A stretch of DNA of 64,000 nt, from contig JBMNLZ010000001.1 of assembly GCA_050953065.1 (NCBI GenBank), positions 256,001 through 320,000 of the forward strand, in the 5' to 3' direction. The notes beneath the pieces are model-generated. The model ran no database searches. It worked only from the letters and a program-made list of their open reading frames with translations, and was not told the origin of the DNA. Source of the DNA: Bacilli bacterium (GTDB lineage Bacteria > Bacillota_I > Bacilli_A > ML615J-28 > CAG-698). A program made the translations under genes and the position numbers. Of the stretch, positions 1 through 8,943 are shown piece by piece (the stretch's first letter is position 1; the number at the start of each line of letters is the position of its first letter).

Positions 1-499
1 ACAAATTGACTGTATCTTCAACCCTATATTTTAAAACTTCAATTTTATCAAAATATCCTTTTTCAGAATATAATTTTGTAGCTTCTTTTTTAGTTATTTT
101 TTTTCTTCTAATAGGAATATCTTTTTCAACAATCTTTTTAAGTTCAAGTTCAAGTTTTTCTAAAAACTTAACATCTATTTTATCTTGATAATTTAATATC
201 TCACAAGAAATAGATCTTGAAACACATTGATTAAATTTAATTTGAATTCCAGGAATCATCCTTTCCAACACCATAATTATGATATATCTCATACTTGTCT
301 CATAACAACGGACAGCATCAAAATCATTTAAATCTAAAAATTCAATTTCACAATCATAATTAACATAATAAGATAACTCACGCATTCTATTATTTACTTT
401 TGCTACGTAAGCTTCAATTTTTAATTCTTTAGCAATATCACCTAAAAGCATATTGCTTTCATATTTTAAAGTCTTTCCATGGACTTTTACTTCATACAT
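1..499 (-). CDS. Nucleoside/uridine kinase with ThrRS-like (TGS) N-terminal domain, truncated by the window edge
   Basis: Not in the ORF track. Manual translation from ATG at 499 gives MYEVKVHGKTLKYESNMLLGDIAKELKIEAYVAKVNNRMRELSYY...DAVRCYETSMRYII...DIPIRRKKITKKEA, open to the edge. This resembles the ThrRS-like N-terminus of Firmicutes uridine kinases; the kinase domain itself is outside the window. Confidence 0.65.
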   Translation of the reverse strand, partial: MYEVKVHGKTLKYESNMLLGDIAKELKIEAYVAKVNNRMRELSYYVNYDCEIEFLDLNDFDAVRCYETSMRYIIIMVLERMIPGIQIKFNQCVSRSISCEILNYQDKIDVKFLEKLELELKKIVEKDIPIRRKKITKKEATKLYSEKGYFDKIEVLKYRVEDTVNL

Positions 500-1863
500 A
501 ATTCTTCCTCTTCTTTCTTTTCTTCTTGCTCAATATGTATTTCTTCTTCTTTTTCTCCTTTATATCTCTCTTCTTGTTGTTCAATTCCTACTAATAACAG
601 TATTAAAAGAACCATAGCAAGAACATTTAAAAAGACCGCTTCAAAAAAACCTAATATTATAAATGCAATTAATATATACAGTACTATTTTATTATATACC
701 GTACCTTTCCCAACTGATTTAAAAACAGTGAACAAAAAATAAATAAAGCATCCAACTCCAACAAGACCAAGTGAAGATAAAATTCGAACAATTGAATTAC
801 TATAAAAGAAGCTATTACCAAGTCCGGATGTTATATCTTCAATAAAATAATGCGATGTAAATACTCCTGTGCCATAAATTGGATTAAGTAAAAATATATC
901 CATTCCTTTATAAAATGCAATATCTAAATTTTCAAAATTAACAGTTTTATCAGATAATCTTTCGATTACTGATCCTACTATATCAAATGGTATCCCAACC
1001 AATAAAATCACACAAAGTACTGTCATTAAAGTGATAGTTGTAAACCTAATTAATTTGTTTTTATTTTCAAAGTCCTTACTTATATGTAGAATAAATGGAA
1101 TTATTAGGACTAAAAAAACAATATAAATACCTCGTGTCATAAAAAACAGGAAAAATATAATAAATATATTAATCAATATAGGAAGAATAATGCTATTAGT
1201 TTTTTGTGAAAACTCTCCTATAATAATAAATAATACTATTAAAAAAATAGTTGAAATAGTAGGAAAACTTCCCCATCCAAGAGTAAAATCATTATTAATA
1301 AAGTTCTGAAAATTTCCCATCAAAAACAAAGAAATCAATGTTTCTACAATTATAGCAAAAGCTAATGCAATAAAGTTTATTAATAATGTATTTTTATATT
1401 TTTGATTATCTAAAGTTAAAACTGAAGAAAAATAGAAAAATATACTTAATAATAAAACCATTTGTAGGATACCAGTCAAACTATGAATTAATAATGTAGT
1501 TCTTAAAGTTGAACTAATCGTTGCTAACACCCACATTAAAAGGCCAAAGAAAATATAATTAAACTTGTATTTTTTGTTTTTAATTAGGTCATAAATAAAA
1601 ATTGGTAATAATAATAGCATCATTATCCCAAAGGTTATAATATGTGCTTCAATTTGCTCTAATTGAAAACAAATTAGTCCCGCTATTAATATTGAAATTA
1701 GTTTCATACGGTCTAAGTCTAACAAAATTATAACATAAACAAATACAATCGCTATTGGAGTATAGATATAGATAGTCTCTAAAGTCCAGTTAATTATAGA
1801 TAACCCCATTAAAAAATATACAAACTTATTACTATCAATAAAATCTAAAATTTTTTCTCGCAT
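487..1863 (-). CDS. O-antigen ligase/Wzy_C-like polytopic membrane protein
   Basis: About 12 TM segments, TRG motif, 'NPIYGTG' and 'LSSLGLVGVGCF' segments typical of the O-antigen ligase family. Confidence 0.65.
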   Translation of the reverse strand: MREKILDFIDSNKFVYFLMGLSIINWTLETIYIYTPIAIVFVYVIILLDLDRMKLISILIAGLICFQLEQIEAHIITFGIMMLLLLPIFIYDLIKNKKYKFNYIFFGLLMWVLATISSTLRTTLLIHSLTGILQMVLLLSIFFYFSSVLTLDNQKYKNTLLINFIALAFAIIVETLISLFLMGNFQNFINNDFTLGWGSFPTISTIFLIVLFIIIGEFSQKTNSIILPILINIFIIFFLFFMTRGIYIVFLVLIIPFILHISKDFENKNKLIRFTTITLMTVLCVILLVGIPFDIVGSVIERLSDKTVNFENLDIAFYKGMDIFLLNPIYGTGVFTSHYFIEDITSGLGNSFFYSNSIVRILSSLGLVGVGCFIYFLFTVFKSVGKGTVYNKIVLYILIAFIILGFFEAVFLNVLAMVLLILLLVGIEQQEERYKGEKEEEIHIEQEEKKEEEELCMK

Positions 1864-1901
1864 ATTCTTACACCTTATATAATTGTATCATATTTCAATT
1901 T

Positions 1902-1933
1902 AAAAAAAAAGTCAAACTCATTCAAGTTTGACT
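1902..1933 (-). terminator. Intrinsic terminator of infC-rpmI-rplT
   Basis: gtcaaact/agtttgac stem followed by a 9-T run on the minus strand. Confidence 0.75.
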
Positions 1934-1941
1934 ATATAAAA

Positions 1942-2301
1942 CTACCTTTTTATAGCCTTTTTTGCTTGACTACAAATGTTTTTAAATCCATCAGCATCAT
2001 TTATTGCAATTTCAGATAACATTTTTCTATTAATTTTAATAGATGCTAACTTTAAACCATAAATCAATTCACTATATGATAAATCATGCATTCTTGCAGC
2101 AGCATTAATTCTCGTAATCCAAAGTTTTCTAAACTCTCTTTTTCTATTTTTTCTATCTCTATAAGCATAAGTAAGAGATTTCATAACTTGTTGATTAGCA
2201 GTTCTATATAAAGTATGTTTTGATCCAAAATATCCTTTGGCCAATTTAATTATTCTTTTTCTTCTTTTTCTTGATACTACTCCACCTTTAGTTCTTGGCA
2301 T
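1942..2301 (-). CDS. rplT: 50S ribosomal protein L20
   Basis: MPRTKGG...AKGYFG...[22 protein letters not shown]. Confidence 0.99.
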   Translation of the reverse strand: MPRTKGGVVSRKRRKRIIKLAKGYFGSKHTLYRTANQQVMKSLTYAYRDRKNRKREFRKLWITRINAAARMHDLSYSELIYGLKLASIKINRKMLSEIAINDADGFKNICSQAKKAIKR

Positions 2302-2319
2302 AGTTATCCCCTCCTTTTA

Positions 2320-2520
2320 TTATTTTAAATTCGCTATTTGATGTCTAATTCTTCCTAAATCTGAACTAGAAATCATAGCTTTTTTTCTTAAATGTCTAAT
2401 TCTCTTTTGAGTTTTTCCTGGAGCTAAATGACTAGTACCTGGTCTTCCACGCATAATCATTCCACTACCAGTAATTTTAATTCTTTTTTTCGTACCACTG
2501 TGAGTCTTCATTTTTGGCAT
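2320..2520 (-). CDS. rpmI: 50S ribosomal protein L35
   Basis: MPKMKTHSGTKKRIKITGSG; lies between infC and rplT. Confidence 0.98.
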   Translation of the reverse strand: MPKMKTHSGTKKRIKITGSGMIMRGRPGTSHLAPGKTQKRIRHLRKKAMISSSDLGRIRHQIANLK

Positions 2521-2534
2521 TTTAAATCACTCCT

Positions 2535-3074
2535 TTATTTATTATCTTTTTTTGGCATCAAAATTAAAGTCATATTTCTACCCTCTAAAACTGGTGCTTG
2601 TTCAACAGTAGAAATATCAGATAATTTTTCAGCAACCCTATCTAACACAGTATCATTTTGATTCATCATTCCAATCATTCTTCTTTTAGTAAATCTTAAT
2701 GTAACTTTTAATTTACATCCCTCTAAAAGGAATTTTCTACCACTTTTTAATTTGGTTTCCAAATCATTTGAACTAATGACTGGTGACAACCAAATTTCTT
2801 TCATACTAAGAACTTTTTGATTCTTTTTAGCTTCTCTAGCCTTTTTTTGAAGTTCATAGCGATATTTACTATAATTCATAAATCGACATACCGGAATCTT
2901 TGCATTTGGCGCAACACAAACCAAGTCAAAATTTTTCTGTTCCGCTAATTTTACTCCTTCAGAAGGTGTCATTGTACCTAATTGATTTCCATCTTCATCA
3001 ATTACTAAAACTTCTTTAAAAGTAATATTCTCATTAACCAATGTTTCACTTTTCTTATCTAAATTCTTGCTAAT
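2535..3074 (-). CDS. infC: Translation initiation factor IF-3, probable ATT start
   Basis: DLVCVAPNAKIPVCRFMNYSKYRYE motif. The ORF-track GTG (3083) overlaps the SD AGGAGG; in-frame ATT codons at 3077 and 3074 are properly spaced. Confidence 0.97.
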   Translation of the reverse strand: MSKNLDKKSETLVNENITFKEVLVIDEDGNQLGTMTPSEGVKLAEQKNFDLVCVAPNAKIPVCRFMNYSKYRYELQKKAREAKKNQKVLSMKEIWLSPVISSNDLETKLKSGRKFLLEGCKLKVTLRFTKRRMIGMMNQNDTVLDRVAEKLSDISTVEQAPVLEGRNMTLILMPKKDNK

Positions 3075-3088
3075 AATTAACACCTCCT

Positions 3089-3200
3089 AAAATATAAAAG
3101 TGGGCGCAAAGCACCCACAATAAAATATCATAGTATAGATATTTATATACTTACCCGCCAACGTCAGTCAACTAGGTGAGAAGTGAGTACTTCTACTTTT
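3089..3200 (-). ncRNA. L20 leader (ribosomal protein leader) with attenuator hairpin
   Basis: Minus strand AGTAGAAGTACTCACTTCTCACC...GTGGGTGCTTTGCGCCCACTTTT directly upstream of infC-rpmI-rplT. Confidence 0.8.
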
Positions 3201-3219
3201 ATATATCACTTACTTTGAT

Positions 3220-3248
3220 ATTATACAACATTTTTTTGATTAATGCAA
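3220..3248 (-). promoter_or_regulatory. SigA-type promoter for the infC operon
   Basis: TTGCAT-17 nt-TATAAT on the minus strand. Confidence 0.7.
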
Positions 3249-3251
3249 GCA

Positions 3252-5951
3252 TTAATTTGATAAATTTACAGGAATTACTCCACGAGCAATATATTCGCCT
3301 TTTAAATAATCTGCAATTGCAGCAACTACAACCGGAGTATAATCATATGCACAAAAATAATTTTTAACTGTTGAATATGAATTAATATCATATGGATTCC
3401 TCATAGCAATCGCTACAAGATTATTATTGTTATTATAAAGTCTAGATACTAATCCCGCAACTGATGTTGTTACATTATACGTGGCAATTACCACTTGTTC
3501 ATAATTTTTAGCAAAATTTACCAAAGAATCAACAGCACTTGCTTTCATTGATTCATTAATAGTTTTATATGTACAATTACTAAAACCATTGTTTTTTAAA
3601 TCCTCTGAAACTGTATATGCTAAAGAATCCATGGCATATCTAGGCGATAGCGTAGAAATAATTAAAGTTGATTTATTAGAATCAAGCCCCGAAAAATTAC
3701 CTTTAACCTTAGTAAAACTACTTCTTGCTAAATTTTCATTTAAAGCAATATGAGTTGGAAACGTAGTGTTCATATTTTCTAAAGAAGGTTTGTTTTCTTC
3801 AAATAAATTATATTTCAATTTTTTCAACAAAATTCTTCTTACAGATTCATCAATTCTACTTTCTTCAATAACATTTGTTTGAACTGCATTTAAAATGCCA
3901 TCGTATGCATCTAAAACATTGCCAGAGTAATCAGTAAATGTTAATAAATCAACACCTGCTTGAACAGCTAAAACTCCTACTTCTCCATACGAAAAGTAAT
4001 TATTAGTGATTGCCCCCATCTCTAATCCATCTGTAACAATTAAACCATCAAAGCCTAATTGATTTCTAAGTATTCCTGTCAAAACAGCATTTGATAGAGT
4101 TGCTGGATTTTCATTATCAACTTCTGAAAAGATTATATGAGTAGTCATTATTGCATCAATACCATTAGAGATAGCATTTTTAAAAGGCAATAACTCTATT
4201 TCATTAAGTCTATCTATATTATGATAAATTATAGGTAAATCAGTATGCGAATCAACAGATGTATCACCATGGCCTGGAAAATGTTTAGCACAACCCATTA
4301 CATTGCTACTAGAAAGTCCTTCAAACATTTTTTGTCCAAAAACAGCAACTTTTGCAGCATCATCAGAGTAACTTCTAACATTAATAATAGGATTAGCAGG
4401 ATTGTTATTAACATCTAAAACTGGTGCAAAATTTAAATTTATACCATAATTTTTAAGTTCTAACCCCATTGCAGCACCTAACTGGTAAGCATTCTCAGGG
4501 TTATTAGTCGCCGCTACTGCCATATTACCTAAAAAATGTGTTGCTCCAACAGTCATTCTTTGAACCATTCCGCCTTCTTGATCAATCGATATAAAGGCCG
4601 GAATTCCTATTTGCGAAGCCACTAAATCTTGAATATTTATACTTAACTTGACAACTTGACTAGTTGAATTAACATTATTTCCCATATAAATAAAATTACC
4701 AAATTTATATTCTTGTATTGTTTCAGTAAAACCAGTTTTTAAGACACCACTATTATCACCAACACCTACAATAAAAAGTTGCCCAATTTTTTCTTCTAGC
4801 GTCATTTCATTAATTATATTATTAACAAATAATAAATCTTGACTATCAGGAGATGAAGTTACAATTTCATATTCTATAACTTCAATTTCAAACGTATCTG
4901 AAACACTTGGATTTTCTATTAAAGATGCTTTAATTTGAGTAGTTCCTTTTACAACTCCAATTACAGTACCATCATATATTTTTAATATTGAATTATTTAA
5001 GCTTTCCCATTTAACAGTACCACTGCCTGTACCATTAAAGTTAACAGCCATTTTAACATTTCTTCCAATTTCAACATAACTTTTACCAGTGATTGTTAGT
5101 TCTGTAGCTATGTCTTCGGTTACTGACAATTCAAAAACACTTTTTATATTACTATCTGATACAAGTGAACAAGTTATATTAACTAATCCAACGCTTTCAC
5201 CTAAAACATTACCTAAATTATCCACAGTTGCAATATCTTCATTTGATGAAGTCCATACAAATGTTTCAGATAAAGATGGCGGTGTAAGTGTAGCACTTAA
5301 ACTTATAGTTGAGCCAACAATAACAGATGAAGGACCACTTATTGAAATAGTTGGCGACAAACCTTCTAAAACCTCTAAATTAAATATCTTAGAAATACTC
5401 CTATCTTGGATAGATGTTGCCGTAATTACTACAGTCCCAGATGATACTCCAAAAACATTACCTTCATTTGAAACAGTCGCAATACTTTCATCACTACTAC
5501 TCCAAGTAACAAGTTGACAAGCATTCGAAGGATTAACATTAGCCGTTAAAACAATAACTTCGCCAATTGAAACTGAATTACTACCTTTAATAATAACTGA
5601 AGTAGGAACAGCACCTACAACTGTAACTGTATGCTGGTCAGAAATACTTGAATCAACTTTAGAAACTGCTGTAATAATAACTTCTCCTTCGCTATGAGCA
5701 TGCAACACACCCGCTTCATCAACTGTTGCGATTTCATCATTACTACTGCTCCATGTAACCAGTTTAGATTGATCACTAGGTGTAACATTAATGCTTAATA
5801 TTAATAAACCTTCTACCTCAACAATATTATCTGCTTCTATCGAAATAGCTGTTAGTTTATCCGTTCCACCAAGCAAACCGCATCCATATAAAGTAATTAA
5901 AATAAACGAACACAATAAAATTAAGAATAAATTGTTAAATTTTTTTGTCAT
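3252..5951 (-). CDS. Lipoprotein GH3 beta-N-acetylhexosaminidase (NagZ-like) with four Ig-like Big_2 domains
   Basis: Lipobox LYGC; four repeats of 'VTWSSS.E.IATV..G.V' type; GH3 motifs SIDQEGG, APVLDVN, KHFPGHGDTSVDSH, IVTDGLEM. Confidence 0.9.
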   Translation of the reverse strand: MTKKFNNLFLILLCSFILITLYGCGLLGGTDKLTAISIEADNIVEVEGLLILSINVTPSDQSKLVTWSSSNDEIATVDEAGVLHAHSEGEVIITAVSKVDSSISDQHTVTVVGAVPTSVIIKGSNSVSIGEVIVLTANVNPSNACQLVTWSSSDESIATVSNEGNVFGVSSGTVVITATSIQDRSISKIFNLEVLEGLSPTISISGPSSVIVGSTISLSATLTPPSLSETFVWTSSNEDIATVDNLGNVLGESVGLVNITCSLVSDSNIKSVFELSVTEDIATELTITGKSYVEIGRNVKMAVNFNGTGSGTVKWESLNNSILKIYDGTVIGVVKGTTQIKASLIENPSVSDTFEIEVIEYEIVTSSPDSQDLLFVNNIINEMTLEEKIGQLFIVGVGDNSGVLKTGFTETIQEYKFGNFIYMGNNVNSTSQVVKLSINIQDLVASQIGIPAFISIDQEGGMVQRMTVGATHFLGNMAVAATNNPENAYQLGAAMGLELKNYGINLNFAPVLDVNNNPANPIINVRSYSDDAAKVAVFGQKMFEGLSSSNVMGCAKHFPGHGDTSVDSHTDLPIIYHNIDRLNEIELLPFKNAISNGIDAIMTTHIIFSEVDNENPATLSNAVLTGILRNQLGFDGLIVTDGLEMGAITNNYFSYGEVGVLAVQAGVDLLTFTDYSGNVLDAYDGILNAVQTNVIEESRIDESVRRILLKKLKYNLFEENKPSLENMNTTFPTHIALNENLARSSFTKVKGNFSGLDSNKSTLIISTLSPRYAMDSLAYTVSEDLKNNGFSNCTYKTINESMKASAVDSLVNFAKNYEQVVIATYNVTTSVAGLVSRLYNNNNNLVAIAMRNPYDINSYSTVKNYFCAYDYTPVVVAAIADYLKGEYIARGVIPVNLSN

Positions 5952-6013
5952 TTTGCACTCCTTAATACATAATTATTTTATTATAGAATGCACTAAAAAG
6001 CAAGCAAAACGGA

Positions 6014-6721
6014 CTATAAGTCTTTCTTATTATATATAATTAAGTTAAACATTAACAAAACCATCAATACAAATATAACATGAAAAAAGCCATTTATAAA
6101 TTTGTAATTATTTACTATAATGATAAAATAACCAATAATTTGTCTTGCTTTATAACCTACATTTAACATAATCAAACTACAAATATATAAAGAAAAACTA
6201 ATTAATAAAGCATATAAACTTTTAATTATTTGTTGAAAAAGCAGACAAACAAAACCAAAAAAAAGAGAAACTATAAAAATTTTAAAGTATATATCTAAAT
6301 ATAAATATTTAAAATCAAAATATGTATTTTTTACTCTTCCAATTATGATAAACAATTCAAAAGTTACCAAAACATATATAAAAATAATTGTTATTATTAC
6401 AAACATTTTAGAAAGTAAATAATAATTCTTGCTATAGCCTTTACCTATCAAAAAGATACAATAATTGTCATTTTTTTCAGAAAACGCATTAATAAAAATC
6501 ATCATACATACTACGATACTTATAATTTGAACAAATAGATGTGAACTATCTAAATAATTTTTTATTATTTCATAATTAGTAAAATAAATATTACTCTGAT
6601 AAGAAAGCAAATTTATTAACAAACAACTTCCTACACCTATACTCAAAACTATAATTAATAAATTACTAATTAACATCACGTAATGAACTTTAAGAATATA
6701 TAATAATTTCGCCATTTTCAA
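6014..6721 (-). CDS. ABC-2-type permease-like membrane protein
   Basis: About 6 TM segments, 'GYSKNYYLLSK' EAA-like loop, overlaps the ABC ATPase gene. Confidence 0.65.
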   Translation of the reverse strand: MKMAKLLYILKVHYVMLISNLLIIVLSIGVGSCLLINLLSYQSNIYFTNYEIIKNYLDSSHLFVQIISIVVCMMIFINAFSEKNDNYCIFLIGKGYSKNYYLLSKMFVIITIIFIYVLVTFELFIIIGRVKNTYFDFKYLYLDIYFKIFIVSLFFGFVCLLFQQIIKSLYALLISFSLYICSLIMLNVGYKARQIIGYFIIIVNNYKFINGFFHVIFVLMVLLMFNLIIYNKKDL

Positions 6722-7298
6722 TTTTTAATACTCTATCAAAATATTTTTTATACAACTTAGGAAAATGAGTTGCTACGATGATTGACTTTTTTTGTTTCTT
6801 TAAAGATATAATTTTTGAAAAAAATTTTTTTTGAGATATTTCATCTAATCCATTTAAAGGTTCATCCAAAATATATAGTTCTTCTTCTTTTAAAAGCATA
6901 TTTATTATCATTAATTTTTGAAACATCCCTTTCGATAAATTATTCACTTTCTTATCTTTGTGTTCATACAACCCCCACTCTTTAAGATAAGTTTCTATTA
7001 ATTTGTTTTTTTTATGAAACAACTCTAAAAAAGACTTAATAGTAATATGATTTGGCAATAAACACTTATCAGGTAAATAACCTATATTATCACTATTTTT
7101 TTGAATACTTCCACTTGTCAAATTGACAAGTCCTATAATTATTTTAATAATAGTCGTTTTACCCGTCCCATTTTCCCCAATTAGAATATATGAGGTTTTA
7201 GAATCTATTTCAAAACTACTGTTTTTTATAATTAATCTGTTCTTGTATTTCTTTGTTACGTTTAATAATTTAATTAAAATCATAAAAATATCTTTCAA
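6690..7298 (-). CDS. ABC transporter ATP-binding protein (start possibly 7283)
   Basis: Walker A GENGTGKT, signature LSKGMFQK, Walker B ILDEPLNGLD, H-loop ATH. Confidence 0.93.
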   Translation of the reverse strand: MKDIFMILIKLLNVTKKYKNRLIIKNSSFEIDSKTSYILIGENGTGKTTIIKIIIGLVNLTSGSIQKNSDNIGYLPDKCLLPNHITIKSFLELFHKKNKLIETYLKEWGLYEHKDKKVNNLSKGMFQKLMIINMLLKEEELYILDEPLNGLDEISQKKFFSKIISLKKQKKSIIVATHFPKLYKKYFDRVLKIENGEIIIYS

Positions 7299-8223
7299 TC
7301 ATTGATTTTTCTGATGTCGATAAAGAAAAATCTCTGAAAAACAAAAAGTTATCAAAAATGATTTCTTTATTAACGCCTTGTTTTTCAAAACAAATTTTAA
7401 AAGGCAACTTATTTGTTTTATACAATTTTTCATATTTAATAGGAACAAAGAAACTAAATATCTCATTTGGACTAATGTAATAATCTAAAATTAAGGGATT
7501 TTCTTTGATAAAAAAATCATATTTTTTATTTAAAATTTCTTCAACATTTTTTCTAGGCGAATCTATTGAACTTGGACTAACTATATTTCTTAAAGAAAAA
7601 CTTATATTTTTATCAAATGATTCAACACTATTTAATTTAATTACAGTAGATGATCTATTTTCAATTCTAATTTCTACTCCTGCTAATGTATCTATTTGAT
7701 TTATAGTATTCTTTAAACCTAATATATGATTAACTGAAACATCATTATCTGATGTACCTATATGTGAAACCCTAGTATAAGTAAAATTACCTATTTCTAA
7801 TTCTAAGGTTTCATCATTAAAATATTCAAGACTAATCAAAGCTTCTTTTATTTCTAAAGGTTCTGGAGAATTAATATTTGTATTAATAAAAAAGCTAAAG
7901 ATAAAAATATGATATTTTTTAGCACCTATTTTTATCTTTGAATCTGCTTTTGTAATACTTTTTAAATCTAGTTTAACTACATTTGATTCATCTTTATCTT
8001 TTAAATAAACTTCATCAATTTGAACTATATCAGAAAAGAAAGATTTATCTAAATTAGCAAAAATTTCTAGTTCAAAATCTTGGCCTTGATATTTTTCTTC
8101 AACAATAAAATATGATTGAGGCATTATAGACAATTCTAAATTATCAACCTTACTACAAGCTACTAATAAAGTGAAGAAACTCAAAAATAAAGTAGGTAGT
8201 AATAAATAAAGATATTTTTTCAT
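7270..8223 (-). CDS. Lipoprotein of unknown function, beta-rich
   Basis: Signal peptide with lipobox LVAC; overlaps both neighbours. Confidence 0.75.
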   Translation of the reverse strand: MKKYLYLLLPTLFLSFFTLLVACSKVDNLELSIMPQSYFIVEEKYQGQDFELEIFANLDKSFFSDIVQIDEVYLKDKDESNVVKLDLKSITKADSKIKIGAKKYHIFIFSFFINTNINSPEPLEIKEALISLEYFNDETLELEIGNFTYTRVSHIGTSDNDVSVNHILGLKNTINQIDTLAGVEIRIENRSSTVIKLNSVESFDKNISFSLRNIVSPSSIDSPRKNVEEILNKKYDFFIKENPLILDYYISPNEIFSFFVPIKYEKLYKTNKLPFKICFEKQGVNKEIIFDNFLFFRDFSLSTSEKSMIERYFYDFN

Positions 8224-8843
8224 AAATCTTCCTCATAATATAAATAATATTCAGAAATAACATCCATTATTTCCCATGTTCCTTTTTTAAATACAATTCC
8301 AAAGAATCTATATTGACTTACTCCATTTGAAATTCTTGCTTCTCCTACTACTTTAACTGCAAGTTTTTTATGTGCAGGTACTGTAATTTTCATTTCAACT
8401 TTTTCAACCCTTGTATAAGATTCTTTTTTACCAATCGTATGTTCTATTTCGCCACCTAGAGCTCCTTTTAAGTTTTTATTTGATGCATCTAGTTTCAGAC
8501 TAAGTTTCCCTGATGTCTTTATACTTCTTTCATATTCTACTGTCTCTGCAATATCATGATCAAAAATAAGCGGTACATCTAAATTGTTTTCTCTAGCAAA
8601 AACAATTTTACCCACGTAATGAAACTCTTGATTAATATTTAAATAATATACATTCCAACCGATAAATCTTTTTCCTAGTTTTTTAAAGGCTTCATTAATA
8701 TCAGATACAGCATAATCTTCAATTAATTTTGCTTCTTCATACTCAAACTCAATTTCTTTAAAATCTGGATAATTAATACTAGCATTAATACTACAAAGAG
8801 AAATATTTAAAACAACTAAAACAAAAATTATAATTTTTTTCAT
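8220..8843 (-). CDS. Secreted protein, putative aerolysin/ETX-MTX2-like beta-hairpin fold
   Basis: Sec signal MKKIIIFVLVV..SINA; amphipathic hairpin SIKTSGKLSLKLDA-SNKN-LKGALGGEIEHTIG followed by ITVPAHKK; SD AGGAGG. The fold call is from pattern recognition only. Confidence 0.55.
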   Translation of the reverse strand: MKKIIIFVLVVLNISLCSINASINYPDFKEIEFEYEEAKLIEDYAVSDINEAFKKLGKRFIGWNVYYLNINQEFHYVGKIVFARENNLDVPLIFDHDIAETVEYERSIKTSGKLSLKLDASNKNLKGALGGEIEHTIGKKESYTRVEKVEMKITVPAHKKLAVKVVGEARISNGVSQYRFFGIVFKKGTWEIMDVISEYYLYYEEDL

Positions 8844-8892
8844 TTTATACCTCCTATTAATATATTTGCTAGATTTTATCTTTTTACTCTAA

Positions 8893-8933
8893 TTTAAAAA
8901 AACACTTTATCAAAAGATAAAGTGTTTTTTAAA
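8893..8933. terminator. Terminator hairpin downstream of the 1675-aa gene
   Basis: aaaaaacactttatc-aaaa-gataaagtgtttttt inverted repeat. Confidence 0.8.
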
Positions 8934-8943
8934 TCTTTATTAA

